Below are positions 1 to 12,306 of a stretch of DNA of 64,000 bases, in pieces. Position 1 is the first letter of the stretch, and the number at the start of each line of letters is the position of its first letter. Both the position numbers and the translations under genes were made by a program. Location: assembly GCA_002869385.1 (NCBI GenBank), contig PKTB01000026.1, forward strand, positions 8,104-72,103, read 5' to 3'. This DNA comes from Marinilabiliales bacterium. Lineage in GTDB: Bacteria; Bacteroidota; Bacteroidia; Bacteroidales; ML635J-15. The notes under the pieces are model-generated. The model saw only the letters and a program-made list of their open reading frames with translations, searched no databases and was not told the origin of the DNA.

Positions 1-780
1 ATCAAAATAACCAGTATCTCCACTAAAAAATATGTTTTTGTTATTAACTTGCACTAGCCACGAAGCCCATAATGTATTATTGTTTTTTTCAACCCTTCTT
101 CCGCTAAAGTGCTGGCTGGGAGTACATATAAATTTTAAATAATCTTGTTTGAACTCGTCCCACCAATCAGCAACTATTATTTTGTTTGCATCAATTTTCC
201 ATTTAATTAGGTGAGAGTCAACACCTAATGTGACATAAAACTTTTTTGTGATTTTGTCTAATTTAATAATTGTCTGATAATCCAGATGGTCATAATGATC
301 ATGTGAAATTACAACTGCATCAACTTTCTCCAGTAAATCAAAATCATTGTCTTCAAATAGAATGGCATTTTTAAATCTTTTTACAAAACCAGGAAAAGGG
401 GAGGCGTATTTGCTCAGCATAGGATCAAACAAGATTCTCTTCCCATTTACATCCATCATTAAAGCTGAGTGCCCAAACCATGTTATTTGAATGTCTTTTC
501 CACAAGCACCTGCAAATTTAATTTTTGACTTATCTGAGATTTTAGTCTTTTGAGGAGGTCTTTTTTTCTTTCCAAATTTAATTAGTTGAGGAAATAGTTT
601 TTTGAATTTTGCAGAATTCATGCTCATAACTACATTGCCTTGATTAACAAACTGCTTACCGTTAAATTGTTTGCAATTCTGAACTTTAGGATCATTCAAA
701 TTAGGTAGAGCACCAAAATGAGATGCTCTGAAAATGAGACCAATCATAGTAATCAATATTGCAATAGATAGTATTAGCAA
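1..780 (-). CDS. MBL-fold metallo-hydrolase (RomA-like), 3' end beyond window start; start approximate
   Basis: Manual translation gives ITWFGHS, ILFDPMLS, VISHDHYDHLD, TPSQHFSGR, LWASW and FFSGDTGY motifs. Confidence 0.85.
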   Translation of the reverse strand, partial: MLILSIAILITMIGLIFRASHFGALPNLNDPKVQNCKQFNGKQFVNQGNVVMSMNSAKFKKLFPQLIKFGKKKRPPQKTKISDKSKIKFAGACGKDIQITWFGHSALMMDVNGKRILFDPMLSKYASPFPGFVKRFKNAILFEDNDFDLLEKVDAVVISHDHYDHLDYQTIIKLDKITKKFYVTLGVDSHLIKWKIDANKIIVADWWDEFKQDYLKFICTPSQHFSGRRVEKNNNTLWASWLVQVNNKNIFFSGDTGYFD

Positions 781-926
781 AATACAATGTTTATTGACAA
801 ATTTAATAAATATTATTTTCTATTTCACTATGATTAATTGAAAAACATGTGAAATGTTTACTGGAATAATGGGTGGAAATATTTAAGTTCTTTTGCAGTT
901 TTACAAAAGATATCTTACAATTGTTA

Positions 927-1670
927 TTACTCGAAGAAGCCTTGTTTTTTTAGTACTTCAAGTAAAACACTTGAAAAATGTTCATTATTAGCTTTGTAAT
1001 ATCTAACGTCGGTGAATACTTGTGCAAGAGTTTCTTTATCATTTTCTTTTACAAATTGTTTACTGTCTTCACGATTTTCTTTTTCTGCGTATATTTCATC
1101 AATATCTTCTGCAGTAAAATCATTATACTTTTCATAATGAACAACTGCTTCTACAGGAAGTCTGTCAGTTAATTCAGGAGTCTCTGCCGGGTAACCCATT
1201 GTTACAGCTGTTATTGGAACAACACCTTTTGGTAAATTAAGAATGTCTATGATTTTGTCAGCATTGTAAATCGCAGTACCAAGATAGCAAATTCCCAGTC
1301 CGTGATGTTCGGCCTCAATACAAGCATTTTGAGCAGCTATTATTGCATCTATAGCACCAGTTAGAAATGAAAGAAAATTATCATAACCCGGTTCAGCTAC
1401 GCGTTGACGACACCATTTGTTAAACCTGTTAAAATCAGCACAAAAAGTAAGAATTGCCGGAGCATTTTTTACCATTGGTTGGTTAAAGTGTGTTGGCGCA
1501 AGTTCCTCTTTGATTTTTTCATAAGTAGTAACTATAATTGAATAAACCTGCATATTTCCAGTGTTCGAAGCACGGATTGCCGCGTTTAAGACATTATCCA
1601 TAACCTCTTTTGGAATAGGCTTATCTGTGTATTTTCTGATTGAACGATGTTCTGATATTTCTTTAAGCAT
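927..1670 (-). CDS. NADPH-dependent nitroreductase/flavin reductase (NfsA/Frp-like)
   Basis: HRSIRKY, ASNTGNMQVYS, GLGICYLG and MGYP motifs; likely ATG at 1670 with TATCTTTG promoter motif near 1694-1701. Confidence 0.9.
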   Translation of the reverse strand: MLKEISEHRSIRKYTDKPIPKEVMDNVLNAAIRASNTGNMQVYSIIVTTYEKIKEELAPTHFNQPMVKNAPAILTFCADFNRFNKWCRQRVAEPGYDNFLSFLTGAIDAIIAAQNACIEAEHHGLGICYLGTAIYNADKIIDILNLPKGVVPITAVTMGYPAETPELTDRLPVEAVVHYEKYNDFTAEDIDEIYAEKENREDSKQFVKENDKETLAQVFTDVRYYKANNEHFSSVLLEVLKKQGFFE

Positions 1671-1737
1671 AATTGATGTTTTTATGTTTGTCACAAAGAT
1701 AAAAATTGAATTTGAAATGGAAAATGATTAATGTTAG

Positions 1738-1796
1738 ATGACCGTTGACCGATGACCGATGATCATTAACGAATGATTGGTGACCGGTTATCGATG
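1738..1796. repeat. Degenerate 7-bp tandem repeat (GATGACC-like)
   Basis: gatgacc gttgacc gatgacc gatgatc attaacg aatgatt ggtgacc ggttatc. Confidence 0.6.
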
Positions 1797-1879
1797 TTTC
1801 AGCAGGATCAGTAACCGAGTCGGAAGACGAGCTTAAGTTTGTTGAATATTGAGATTTGAATATCAAGAAATTAGTTTGA

Positions 1880-4800
1880 TTATTCTGGTAGATGACTTGG
1901 GATTTCAATAATGAACTCAGTTCCGACATCTTCTTTGGTATTAAATCTGATAGTTGCATTATTGCTGATAAGCATGCTCTTTACCATACTTAACCCAAGT
2001 CCCATACCTGAAGATTTTGTTGTGAAATTTGGCTGGAAAATCTTTCTTTGCATTGCCTCAGGTATTCCTGTTCCATTGTCGATTATTTTAACAAAATATA
2101 TGTTTTCTTGTTCTTCTACAAGGACCTTAATTTTTCCTTGTCTGTTATCAGGGATTGCCTGAATACCATTTTTAATTAAATTTGTAAATACCCTAACCAT
2201 TTGTTCTTTGTCAGCATAAATAAAGCCGGCTGTGCTAATGTCAAATTTAGTTTTGAACTCAACATCCTCGGAATTCTCATATAAGCCAACAGTATTGTTA
2301 ATTATATCCTTTAGGTTAACGATTTCTTTTTTAGAGGCCGGCATTTTAGCAAAATTACTAAACTCAGAAGCAATCCCGGATAGAATATCAATTTGCTCAA
2401 TTAGATTTTTAGAAACTTTACGATATGTTTCTTCCCATTTCTCATCTTTTTTGTCATAAGCTCTTTCTAGATATTGAACACTCAGTTTCATTGGTGTTAG
2501 TGGGTTTTTGATTTCATGAGCAATTTGTTTTGCCATCTCACGCCAAGCCATTTCACGTTCTGATTGAGCTAGTTTGTTTGCAGATTCACTAAGTTCATCA
2601 ACCTTTCTATTATATTCTCTAATTAAACCACCAAGCTCGTCGTTTTTGTTATATGTGATTTTCTCAGCTTTTTTCTTAATGTCCATAGAGCGAATTTTAT
2701 CTTGAATCACAACTAATGGGCGTGTCAATTGTCTTGATATGAATATTCCAATTAAAACAGCAATTAGAATTAAGGCTAAGAATACATTTGAGAAGGCGAT
2801 TACAAAATTAGAAATCTCTTCTTTGAATTCACTTTGTCTGGCAAAATATGGTAGGTTTAGATAAGCAATTACTTCATTGTCGTAATTCCTGAAATGGACA
2901 TATGCCGACAAATAGGTAATATTATCAATCTCCTCGCTTATAATTATAGTCCCGGCTTTGTTTACGATCAGATCCTTATAGGCTTTTGAATCCATATATC
3001 TGCCTTTAAGGCCTTTATCATAGAGCTCAATTCTTGATGAAGAAAGTAAAATTCCATCAAGGTCGTAAATGTTTATGTCAGTGTAAAATACATTAGAATA
3101 TCTAACTAATAGCGAGTTTAGATATTCAGAATCTTCGTAATTAAGCTCTTGTTCTGTTCCAACATTTTGCTCCAATTCAACCAGAACAGAATGCACTTTG
3201 TCCTGTACTGTTTCTTTCTGTTTATCTTTGTATCCCTGAACAATGAAATAGATTGAAATTGTACCGGTAAGGATAAGAGATAATATCAATATGGTTATAA
3301 ATGATATCTGAATCTTTGTTTTAAGACTTGTGCCTTTAGTTAGGTAGCCTTTTCTTATATTTATTCCCAGCCAAAAAATATTGAAGAATACAAATAAAAA
3401 GAATAAGATATATGTAAATGAAACTAATTCGCTTGAGTATTGAGTGTCCGGTTTACTAAGAATAATTAGGTTCTCATCATCTGGACGATATTTGAAATGA
3501 ATATACCCATCTTTAACATAATAAGAATATTCTGCAGTATCTTTTTCCTGTGGTTTTAATGCAAAACGATATTTATAGTCACCTTTACTGCTAATTAAAT
3601 GTCCTTTGTTGTATTTAGCATAATTATAATCACGGGAAGTTTTCTTTACAGAAAGTTTTTTATCTAGAAGTAATTCAGGATATCCTAAACCTTCACTAAA
3701 TATTTTGGAATTTAATTCAATGTAAATATTGATAAATGTTGAATCCAAAAGCATTGAGCTTACTTCACCAAGGTATGATATTCTACCGTTATGATTATCT
3801 AAAAAGTAAAAATTCGATCCCGGAATAATAATCCCGTATTCGTAAATTTGATCTCTAAAAAACTCAAAGCACTCAACATTAATAAAGTCAGGTTCAATCA
3901 ATAAACTATCCTCACATTGACAAATTGTTGCTTGTGTTTCGTATTTATTAAAATATCTTTTTGAGAGAAGTATTTTATTTACGATTGTCTGTATTTGCAA
4001 GAAGTCTCTTTTTAAGACGGCGTTATTAAGGGCTTCACTGCTTTTTATTTCATTATAGGTTTGCTTGAGAAAAAACTCTGCACCAACATCACGTTCAGCA
4101 GCTAAGTTGTATGTTATAACCTTATAGGCATCTATTTCCTTTTGATTAGTAAATCTGCTAAAATGTTCTGATGTAATCAATGAAACTAATAAAAGCAATA
4201 AAACACTCAAGAAATAATTAAGCTCTTTCTTAATAGAAATATAAATAAGGACTAACCATAAAAAGAAAAGTAAAGAGTTTAATATTACAAGAGTTTCAAT
4301 GGAAAGTTCTAATGTGTTTTTTTCGAAAAATGCGTATATAAATAAAACTAATAGGCCTATTGATGTTATTGCAAATGAGAGTACTTCATTAAAGTTTCTC
4401 ATTATTCGGTAAATAATCATTAAAAATCCTGTAACAATGGATACAATAATGATTGTACCTAGGAAGCTATATATGTCGAGATTTAGTATGTTTTCAAATC
4501 CAAAAGATATTGAAGAGTTCCAAACAAGGCCATAGAATAGTTTTGAAATATAACGGCTGATGAGGAACATTAAAAAAGCCATCGTTAAACTAAAAATTAT
4601 CTTTGGAAATTTACCTTTTTCTATCTTTACTTTGGGTTTAAAAAAAGCAAAGAAGAAAATAGCAAAAGTTAAGAAGAATAGGGCATTTATTAGATGTTCA
4701 CCTAAAGATGGCATCCAAAATGATTCTGCAAATAATATTGGACTAAAAAGTTCAAATTCTGTAAAACCGGAGAAAACAGCTTGCTTAAGCATTAGGTATC

Positions 4801-5572
4801 TGCTTATAAACAGAAAAATAAATAACCCCAATGATATTAAACTTGTATATTTTGGTTTCTTCTGAGCAAAATATGTAAACAAAAGCATTGTCAGAATAAT
4901 CCCAATAAAAACATTAAATAGTTTAAGAAAGTGTCCGAAGTTAAATTTCATTTAAGCATAGGGATCCTCTTCTGGTGGGATTAAATAAAAACAGCTTTCT
5001 GAATCATTATCTTTTAAGCAAACTTTATCACTTTTAGTGATGGAATCAAGACTAATTGTGGTTTTGGAATCTATATTGTAGTCAGGATAAAATGTGTTTT
5101 TTAAAATATCGTTTTCGTATGAATATTCCTTTTTAAACTGAAAAACACCAACGAGATGCCAATCTTCTCCTGAAACGAATTGGCATAAATACCAACCATT
5201 ATTAAGATTAATCATTGGTCTCTCAAAGAAATTGAAGGTTGTACTTGTAGGTAAAGGAATATTGTTGGTTGTCCAGTATTTTAGTTCATTTTTATAATAG
5301 TAGAAATAACCGATACCTTGTTCTTTAAAAATCTCGCTAGATTCTGTGTAGAAGTACTTTTCAGCAGATTCTGTATCAGTTGATATCTCTTCAGAAATTG
5401 TTTTTAATTGCTCCTCAAGGTAGGCGTATTTTTGTTGTAATTCAGTTTCGATATATTCAATATCCAATCCTTGGCTCTTATCATTTTTCGTAAAATTTCC
5501 TGTTAAACTTATTATCACAGAAATAAGCAAAACAGTAAAAACTAAAATGATATGTTTTAAATTTATTTTCAT
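1880..5572 (-). CDS. Large multi-TM sensor histidine kinase (NtrY-like), split by in-frame TAA at 4952-4954
   Basis: AWREMAKQIAHEIKNPLTP H-box, NLIKN, DNGTG and GMGLGL; ORFs 4952..5572 and 1880..4951 are contiguous and in frame. Confidence 0.85.
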
Positions 5573-5576
5573 TTAA

Positions 5577-6050
5577 TTAATCGTGATGATAAGGCTCATT
5601 GTTTAAAATACTGAATGCTCTGTAAAGCTGCTCTGCAAAAATTAGTCTTATCAGCTGGTGTGAAAAAGTCATTTTTGATAAAGATACTTTAATATTAGCT
5701 CTTTTATAAACTTCTTCTGAGAAACCATATGGCCCTCCAATTACAAATATAAGATTTTTCATGCCTGAAACAAGAGACTTATTAAGAAAAGAAGCAAATC
5801 CTCTGGAATTAAATTCTTTGCCATTTTCATCGAGTAATACAACATGATCCGATGGGCTTATTTCAGATAGTATTTTTTCACCTTCTAATTTGTTTTGTTG
5901 GTCCGTACTCAGATTTTTACTTTTTTTGATATCTTTAATAACTTGAAAATCAAATTTGCAATATCGCTTTATCCTTTTAAAGTATTCGTCGTACCCCTTT
6001 TGTACAAAGTCTTTATCTGTTTTCCCTATTACTAACAGTTTGATATTCAT
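5577..6050 (-). CDS. rlmH: 23S rRNA (pseudouridine1915-N3)-methyltransferase
   Basis: MNIKLLVIGK, LDENG, FVIGGPYG, SLSKMTFSHQLIR and EPYHH motifs. Confidence 0.95.
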   Translation of the reverse strand: MNIKLLVIGKTDKDFVQKGYDEYFKRIKRYCKFDFQVIKDIKKSKNLSTDQQNKLEGEKILSEISPSDHVVLLDENGKEFNSRGFASFLNKSLVSGMKNLIFVIGGPYGFSEEVYKRANIKVSLSKMTFSHQLIRLIFAEQLYRAFSILNNEPYHHD

Positions 6051-6181
6051 AAATGTGAAAAAATTTGGCATTAAAGATACTGGAAAGATTTAAATTATTT
6101 ATATCTTGCGAACTAAATATTTGGTTTGGTTTTTGCAAGCATAGTTTTGAACTATAATTGAAAACAATAAAAACGGAAAAG

Positions 6182-6580
6182 ATGAAAAACTTAAAAGTAC
6201 TACTGACTGTTATAATTTTGGGCATTGCGACTTTTGCTAATGCACATCCGATTTTTGATATTCCACCTAAGATTTTTGATGCCATGAAGGTAGGTAATGC
6301 AGTGGAAATAGCAAAGCATTTTAATTCATCTGTTGAGTTAGTTATACTTGATAAAGAAGATGTATACAGCAAACAACAAGCAGAACAAATCCTAAAAAGT
6401 TTCTTTGAAAAGAATAAAATAAAGAATTTCTCACTTTTACATCAAGGTGGTAAAGAAGGTGCTCAATATGCTATTGGTAATCTAGAAACTGTAAGTGGGA
6501 AAGCGTATCGTGTGTATTTTCTTGTTAAAGAAAGTGGAGGAAAACCATTAATTCATCAAATGCGTATCGAAGAAGAATGA
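6182..6580 (+). CDS. DUF4783 family secreted protein
   Basis: Signal peptide, YSKQQAEQILKSFF motif, position upstream of nadC as usual in Bacteroidota. Confidence 0.75.
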   Translation: MKNLKVLLTVIILGIATFANAHPIFDIPPKIFDAMKVGNAVEIAKHFNSSVELVILDKEDVYSKQQAEQILKSFFEKNKIKNFSLLHQGGKEGAQYAIGNLETVSGKAYRVYFLVKESGGKPLIHQMRIEEE

Positions 6581-7422
6581 TTCCTGAAAAATATTTAAAA
6601 ACTCTAATAGAAAGAGCTTATAAGGAGGATGTTGGTAATGGAGACCATTCCTCCTTATGCTGTATTAATGCAGATGAGCTTGGGAAAGCTAAGCTTCTTG
6701 TTAAGCAAGGTGGTATAATCGCCGGGGTTGATGTTGCTAAATGCGTTTGCGATTACTTTTCGAATAATTTAAAACTTGATGTTTTTATTTAAGATGGCAA
6801 TAAAATTAAACCTGGTGATATTGTTTTTGAAATTTCTGGTCCACAATTAGATATTCTTACTGCAGAACGTACAATCCTGAATTTTATGCAGAGAATGAGT
6901 GTAATAGCAACTGAAACAGATAAATATGTTCAGTTGTTGTCAGGTTTAAAAACTAAAGTCCTGGATACTCGTAAAACTACACCGGGTTTACGCCTGATTG
7001 AAAAAGAGGCAGTAAAGATTGGTGGCGGTGAAAATCACCGTACAGGTTTGTATGATATGATTATGCTTAAAGACAATCATATTGACTATTCAGGAGGAAT
7101 TGAAAAGGCAATTTTACTTGCAAATAAATATATTGAAGAAAATAAACTAGATATTAAAATTGAAATAGAAACACGTTCATTATCAGACGTTAAGGAGGTG
7201 CTAAGAGTTGGGAAAGTGCACAGAATTATGCTTGATAATTTTACTATTGAGGATACTAGTCAGGCAGTCGAATTGATAAATGGACGTTTTGAAACAGAAT
7301 CAAGCGGAGGTATTAACTACTATACAATACGTAATTATGCTGAATGTGGTGTGGATTATGTTTCTGTCGGAGCATTGACACATCAGATTAAAAGTTTAGA
7401 TTTAAGCCTTAAAGCTATTTAA
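6577..7422 (+). CDS. nadC: Nicotinate-nucleotide diphosphorylase, with in-frame TAA at 6790-6792
   Basis: EDVGNGDHSS, read-through VFI*DGNKIKPGD...ILTAERTILNFMQRMS, DTRKTTPG, KDNH, MLDNF and SVGALTH. Confidence 0.92.
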
Positions 7423-8366
7423 TGAATTTTATCAGACGAGAAATAGAAAGGTTACGTACACTTTTAAATAATGTAAGTAAAAAAGTTATCTTACCAGGAT
7501 TTAAAGGATACTCACTATTTTATGTGGGTTCTTTCTTTTTTAAGGGAATACAGGAAGGGGCTATTTCTATACGTGCTAGAAGCGTGGCTTTTAATATGTT
7601 CATAGCAATTTTTCCAGCTTTAATTTTTCTCTTTTCTTTAATTCCATTTATTCCGGTAGAGAATTTTCAATACGAATTGTTTGGCGTTCTGGCTGAGGTT
7701 ATGCCTGATTCAGCATATAGCCTAATGCATGAAACTATTTCAGATACATTACTGAATCAAAGGAGTTCGATTCTGTCAATAGGTTTTCTCTTAATGTTGT
7801 TTTTCTCCTCCAATGGAGTGTTAGCATTTATCGAAGCATTTAACAGTAGTTATCATGAGATAGAAACAAGAAACTGGTTAAGCAGAAGAGTAATATCTGT
7901 AGTATTAGTTGTAATCCTTAGCTTTCTATTACTTATTGCAATTAGTTTAATTGTAATGGGGAATAATTTTATTGTAAACTTTATGGGAGACCATCCTTTT
8001 TACGAACAATACGAAGGAACAATTTTCTTAATTGTAGGGATATTAAAATGGTTTACAGTTGTTTTGCTATATTTTCTTGCAACATCTTTCCTGTATTTTC
8101 TTGCACCATCAAAAAAGAGCAGGTTTAGATTTATTACTCCCGGAGCTATTTTTGCAACAGTTTTACAAATTGTAACATCACTTGGGTTTGCATATTATGT
8201 AAATAATTTTGCACAATATAACAAGCTTTATGTGTCCATAGGTACAGTAATTGTTGTTATGTTACTGTTTTATATAACAGCTTTAGCATTAATTTTGGGA
8301 TTTGAGTTAAATGTAAGCATTCTTACAAGTAATAAGAATATTTATATAAAAAGACGAAAAAAATAA
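7422..8366 (+). CDS. YihY/BrkB family membrane protein
   Basis: Multi-TM; AFNMFIAIFP, PGAIFAT and YNKLY(V)SIG motifs. Confidence 0.88.
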   Translation: MNFIRREIERLRTLLNNVSKKVILPGFKGYSLFYVGSFFFKGIQEGAISIRARSVAFNMFIAIFPALIFLFSLIPFIPVENFQYELFGVLAEVMPDSAYSLMHETISDTLLNQRSSILSIGFLLMLFFSSNGVLAFIEAFNSSYHEIETRNWLSRRVISVVLVVILSFLLLIAISLIVMGNNFIVNFMGDHPFYEQYEGTIFLIVGILKWFTVVLLYFLATSFLYFLAPSKKSRFRFITPGAIFATVLQIVTSLGFAYYVNNFAQYNKLYVSIGTVIVVMLLFYITALALILGFELNVSILTSNKNIYIKRRKK

Positions 8367-8460
8367 CAAGCATATTTATATTTTGTTTATTTTTGATAGT
8401 TAGTGTTGTAAGTTAGAGGCGTATTTTGATTTTCATTTAATAATTGCAGGTAACTATATT

Positions 8461-10569
8461 ATGAAAAAGCTATTAGTACTATTTCTATTTATTGTTTTAT
8501 ATATTTCTTCCTTTTCTCAGCCAACAACTGCTGTCGATTTTACTGTTACCGATACAGAAGGAATTACGTATAACCTATTTGAAATTTTAGACCAGGGTAA
8601 ATATGTTTATATTGATTTCTGGTTTTCTACATGTCCAAGTTGTCAGGCAGCTGTTCCCGATGTAAATGCAATTTATACTGGTTTTGGTTGTAATGAGTTT
8701 GAATTAGTAGTTTTAGGGATAGGTTCAGAAGATACAGATGATATAGCCGAGCAGTTTCGAGAAGATTTTGGTTGTGAATATCCATTAGTAACAAATGATG
8801 GAGGATCATATGGTGTAATTTCATATTATGGTGTTGAATATTATCCAGAATTTATATTGATAAAACCTGATAGATCAGTAATTTGGAATGATGATGAACA
8901 TGACTTACACTCACCGTCAGTTATTGCATCTTTAGGTCCAAACCAAAATGCTTGTCCTGACAATTGGCCTGTTGCTCAGTTCTATGGAACGCCAACAGTT
9001 TTACCGGTTGGATCCGGAGTAATATATACTGACGAATCTATAAATAATGTTTCTACCTGGAACTGGTTTTTCGAAGGTGGAGATCCAGAAACATTTAGCG
9101 GGCAATCTCCTCCTGAAATTATTTACAATGAATCAGGCTGGTATGATGTTACATTGACAGTTTATAATGAATACGGTAATGATAATTCTGTAACATATCA
9201 CGATTATATTCAAGTATATGATATAGCAGATGATACTGTTGTTGCAGGTTTTTCTGCAAATCAGATAGTTGTTGTTGCTGGAAATACAATTGACTATACA
9301 GACTTATCATATGATTATCCTTATGAATGGCATTGGGAATTTGAGGGGGCAGACCCTGCGACATCAACAGTCCAGCACCCTCAAAATGTTATATACAATA
9401 CAACAGGAACTTATGATGCTCAACTTATAGTAAGAAACTCAGAAGGTTGGGATACACTTTTAATTGAAGATTATATTACTGTAATTCCGGATCAGGGAGA
9501 AGATGCTCCGGTTGCTAATTTTACAGCTCAAAACAGATTGGTAAAAAGAAATACACCAGTGTATTTTGATGATTTGTCAACAAATTATCCGATGTCCTGG
9601 TCATGGCAGTTCGAAGGTGGTGACCCCGAATATTCCGGTTATCAGATTAAACCCGAAGGAATTCTTTACGAGAATACAGGTTTTTATGATGTAACTCTGG
9701 TTGTGTCAAATACAAATGGGAGCGATGTGTTAACAAAAAGAGATTATGTAGTTGTTTATGAGTCGCATGTTGGTTCATATTGTGATACTATTGGCAATCT
9801 GCTTGAAGGAGAAATTCCTAATGAACTATATATTAACGGTTTGCAGGGAGAGTTAGGAGGTCAAAACTCCGACAATATTAAAATGTATGCAGATTATTAT
9901 GACTATCATACTTTTAACGAAGTATATGGTGTTATTGTGCCGGTAATGGATTTGGCTTATGGTTCACATAGTTCTTATATTAGGTTTTTAACCTGGGATG
10001 GTGCAGAGGATGAGCCAACAACTGTTTTAGCCGATCAAAAAGTGTATTTACATGATTTAGGCAGTAATTATATTCAGGTAATATATTTTGATGAACCACT
10101 TGAAGTTGACGGTCCATTTTATTTAGGTTATAGTATTAATTATGCTGATGGCGATAAATTTGTTGTAGGAATGTCGCCAAATCGTTGTAATAATGGTTTT
10201 AGTACATTATGGGTTAATGATGGAGAATCATGGAGTTCTTCAGTCTCAAAATATGATGTTGCTGTTTCGTCAGGGATTCGCCCTTTAACATGTTTAGTTG
10301 GAATTGAAGATAAGGAAATACAGTCAAATATTGGTCTTTATCCGAATCCGTGTTCAGATATCTTAACGGTTAATAACGGATATACATTTGATGATGGTGA
10401 TTTTGTTGAGATATTTGATAAAACAGGTAAAACTATTATGATGGAATTTACAGAACCGGGTTCAGAAGAAATAAAACTTGACGTTTCTCAACTATCTCCT
10501 GGTGTTTACTTTACAAGAGTTTTTACTCAGGGTAAACTTATAGTGGAGAAATTGAATGTTATGAGATAA
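8461..10569 (+). CDS. T9SS-secreted protein: thioredoxin-like (CPSC) domain, three PKD domains, type A CTD
   Basis: DFWFSTCPSC; three W.W.FEGG/A-DP...G.YDVTL-type repeats; YPNP-type CTD. Confidence 0.8.
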   Translation: MKKLLVLFLFIVLYISSFSQPTTAVDFTVTDTEGITYNLFEILDQGKYVYIDFWFSTCPSCQAAVPDVNAIYTGFGCNEFELVVLGIGSEDTDDIAEQFREDFGCEYPLVTNDGGSYGVISYYGVEYYPEFILIKPDRSVIWNDDEHDLHSPSVIASLGPNQNACPDNWPVAQFYGTPTVLPVGSGVIYTDESINNVSTWNWFFEGGDPETFSGQSPPEIIYNESGWYDVTLTVYNEYGNDNSVTYHDYIQVYDIADDTVVAGFSANQIVVVAGNTIDYTDLSYDYPYEWHWEFEGADPATSTVQHPQNVIYNTTGTYDAQLIVRNSEGWDTLLIEDYITVIPDQGEDAPVANFTAQNRLVKRNTPVYFDDLSTNYPMSWSWQFEGGDPEYSGYQIKPEGILYENTGFYDVTLVVSNTNGSDVLTKRDYVVVYESHVGSYCDTIGNLLEGEIPNELYINGLQGELGGQNSDNIKMYADYYDYHTFNEVYGVIVPVMDLAYGSHSSYIRFLTWDGAEDEPTTVLADQKVYLHDLGSNYIQVIYFDEPLEVDGPFYLGYSINYADGDKFVVGMSPNRCNNGFSTLWVNDGESWSSSVSKYDVAVSSGIRPLTCLVGIEDKEIQSNIGLYPNPCSDILTVNNGYTFDDGDFVEIFDKTGKTIMMEFTEPGSEEIKLDVSQLSPGVYFTRVFTQGKLIVEKLNVMR

Positions 10570-10680
10570 ACTGTTTTTCAACAATCTAATTGCCGTACAA
10601 TATGCATTGCGGAATAATAGTTCACAGTTTTTCGTTCACAGTTTTTGCACAATCTTGAATAGAGAAAAGAAACTGTGAAC

Positions 10681-12249
10681 CTATTCAATTACAATCTTTC
10701 CAAACAACCCGCTATTCCTCAACCTTACCAAATACATCACCGGCTTTAACTCGCAGATGTCAATCCTGCTCTCCCCCGGGATTACAGTTTGTTCGTGAAC
10801 AATAGTTCCGTTTGTGTAATAAATCTCCAGTACATCATCACCCGTTTTATCCGTGATATCAACATGAAACTCGTTTACCGCAGGGTTAGGGTAGCAGTGG
10901 AGTTCGAATTTTGTTATTGGTTGTGTTTGATAAGGTAAAATATTGTTAACCAATGTGTCATTGCCGAGGCTGTCAGTTTTTATGAGGAAAAGTCTTTGAG
11001 AATAATCCCATTCTTCGTTTAATGTATCCCATACATAATAATCGACATCTCCACCTATTACAAATCCTCCATCATTGGTTTCCAATATAGTATTACAGTT
11101 GAATGTATTATTACAATCAGGGAATTCGGTGAATAATTTGGTCCATAGCACATCACCTGATTTATTAAAACGATAAATTCGGAACTCTTTACCACCACAT
11201 TCGCTTGATTTTACTGCGGCAATAGTAACTAAACCGGAATCTGATAATTCTGAAATCGAAACAAAGTTACATCTGATAGTATCTCTCCAATCAGTATTAT
11301 TAATTACATAATCCCTGTATTTTTTATTCCACTTTGTATTTCCTTCATCATCAAATTTAATGAGCCAGCCGTCGTAAGGGTATAGACCTCCGAAGGTTTC
11401 TCCGTATGCATATGCTCCGCAAACGATGTAGCACGAATCTTTAGTTTCAATAATATCCTGAAAAGTTGGATTGTCATAAATAGAACTTCCGAAGAATTTT
11501 ACCCATTGCTGATTGCCGAGGCTATCGGTTTTTAATATGAGATTTCTTTAGTTTCCGAGATCTGATGTTCTTCCAATGGCAATATATCCTTTATCATAAG
11601 CAGGTAAAACTCTGGTAATGGAAGACCAGCATCCGTCCGAAATATCTCCGAAACTATATGACCTTTGCCAGATGATCTCTCCTGATAGAGAGGCTTTAAA
11701 TAATAATGATTTTGTATATGTTGTTTCCGGCAGCCCCGACATTTCGTTATAAGAACTGTCTATAGTACCTGCAAATATCATATTCTCCGAATCATCAAAA
11801 ACAAAACTGAAAGCACGTTTTGTAATAGTATCATCCATGAAATTTGTAATAGAAATAGTATCATATACAGGATTTATTTTTGATATGAATAGTTTATTAT
11901 TTCCGATTGAGGGGTATTTTTGTCCCAGAATATATAGATTCCCGTTTTTGTTCTTTAATGATCCTTTCCATCCTATATAATTTGTTTCTTCACAATTATC
12001 AAATACAACAGTAGTGTCTTTTATACCTGTGCTGTCAATTTTTGAAATATGAAAACCATAAACAACATTAGCGCACCCATCTTTAATTCTGCCAACATCC
12101 CCGGCTAAATAATAGCATGAATCAAGATATAACATGGTATTACAATCATAAGGCCAGTCATAAGGATAGTTATAGTTATAAGTTGTATCATTCTGAGATA
12201 GCAGTAATGTGCTTATTGCAAGTAATAATATTGATAAACTTATTTTCAT
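10681..12249 (-). CDS. T9SS type A CTD beta-propeller-like protein, paralog of 12307..13892, with in-frame TAA at 11548-11550
   Basis: Read-through GN*RNLILKTDSLGNQQW aligns with paralog GNYRNFILKTDSLGNQQW; YPNP CTD. Confidence 0.8.
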
Positions 12250-12258
12250 AATTTAAAT

Positions 12259-12290
12259 AAACGGCACGAAATTAAAAATTCGTGCCGTTT
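12259..12290. terminator. Intrinsic terminator-like hairpin
   Basis: aaacggcacgaa-N8-ttcgtgccgttt. Confidence 0.6.
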
Positions 12291-12306
12291 AAAATACAAA
12301 ATTTAT

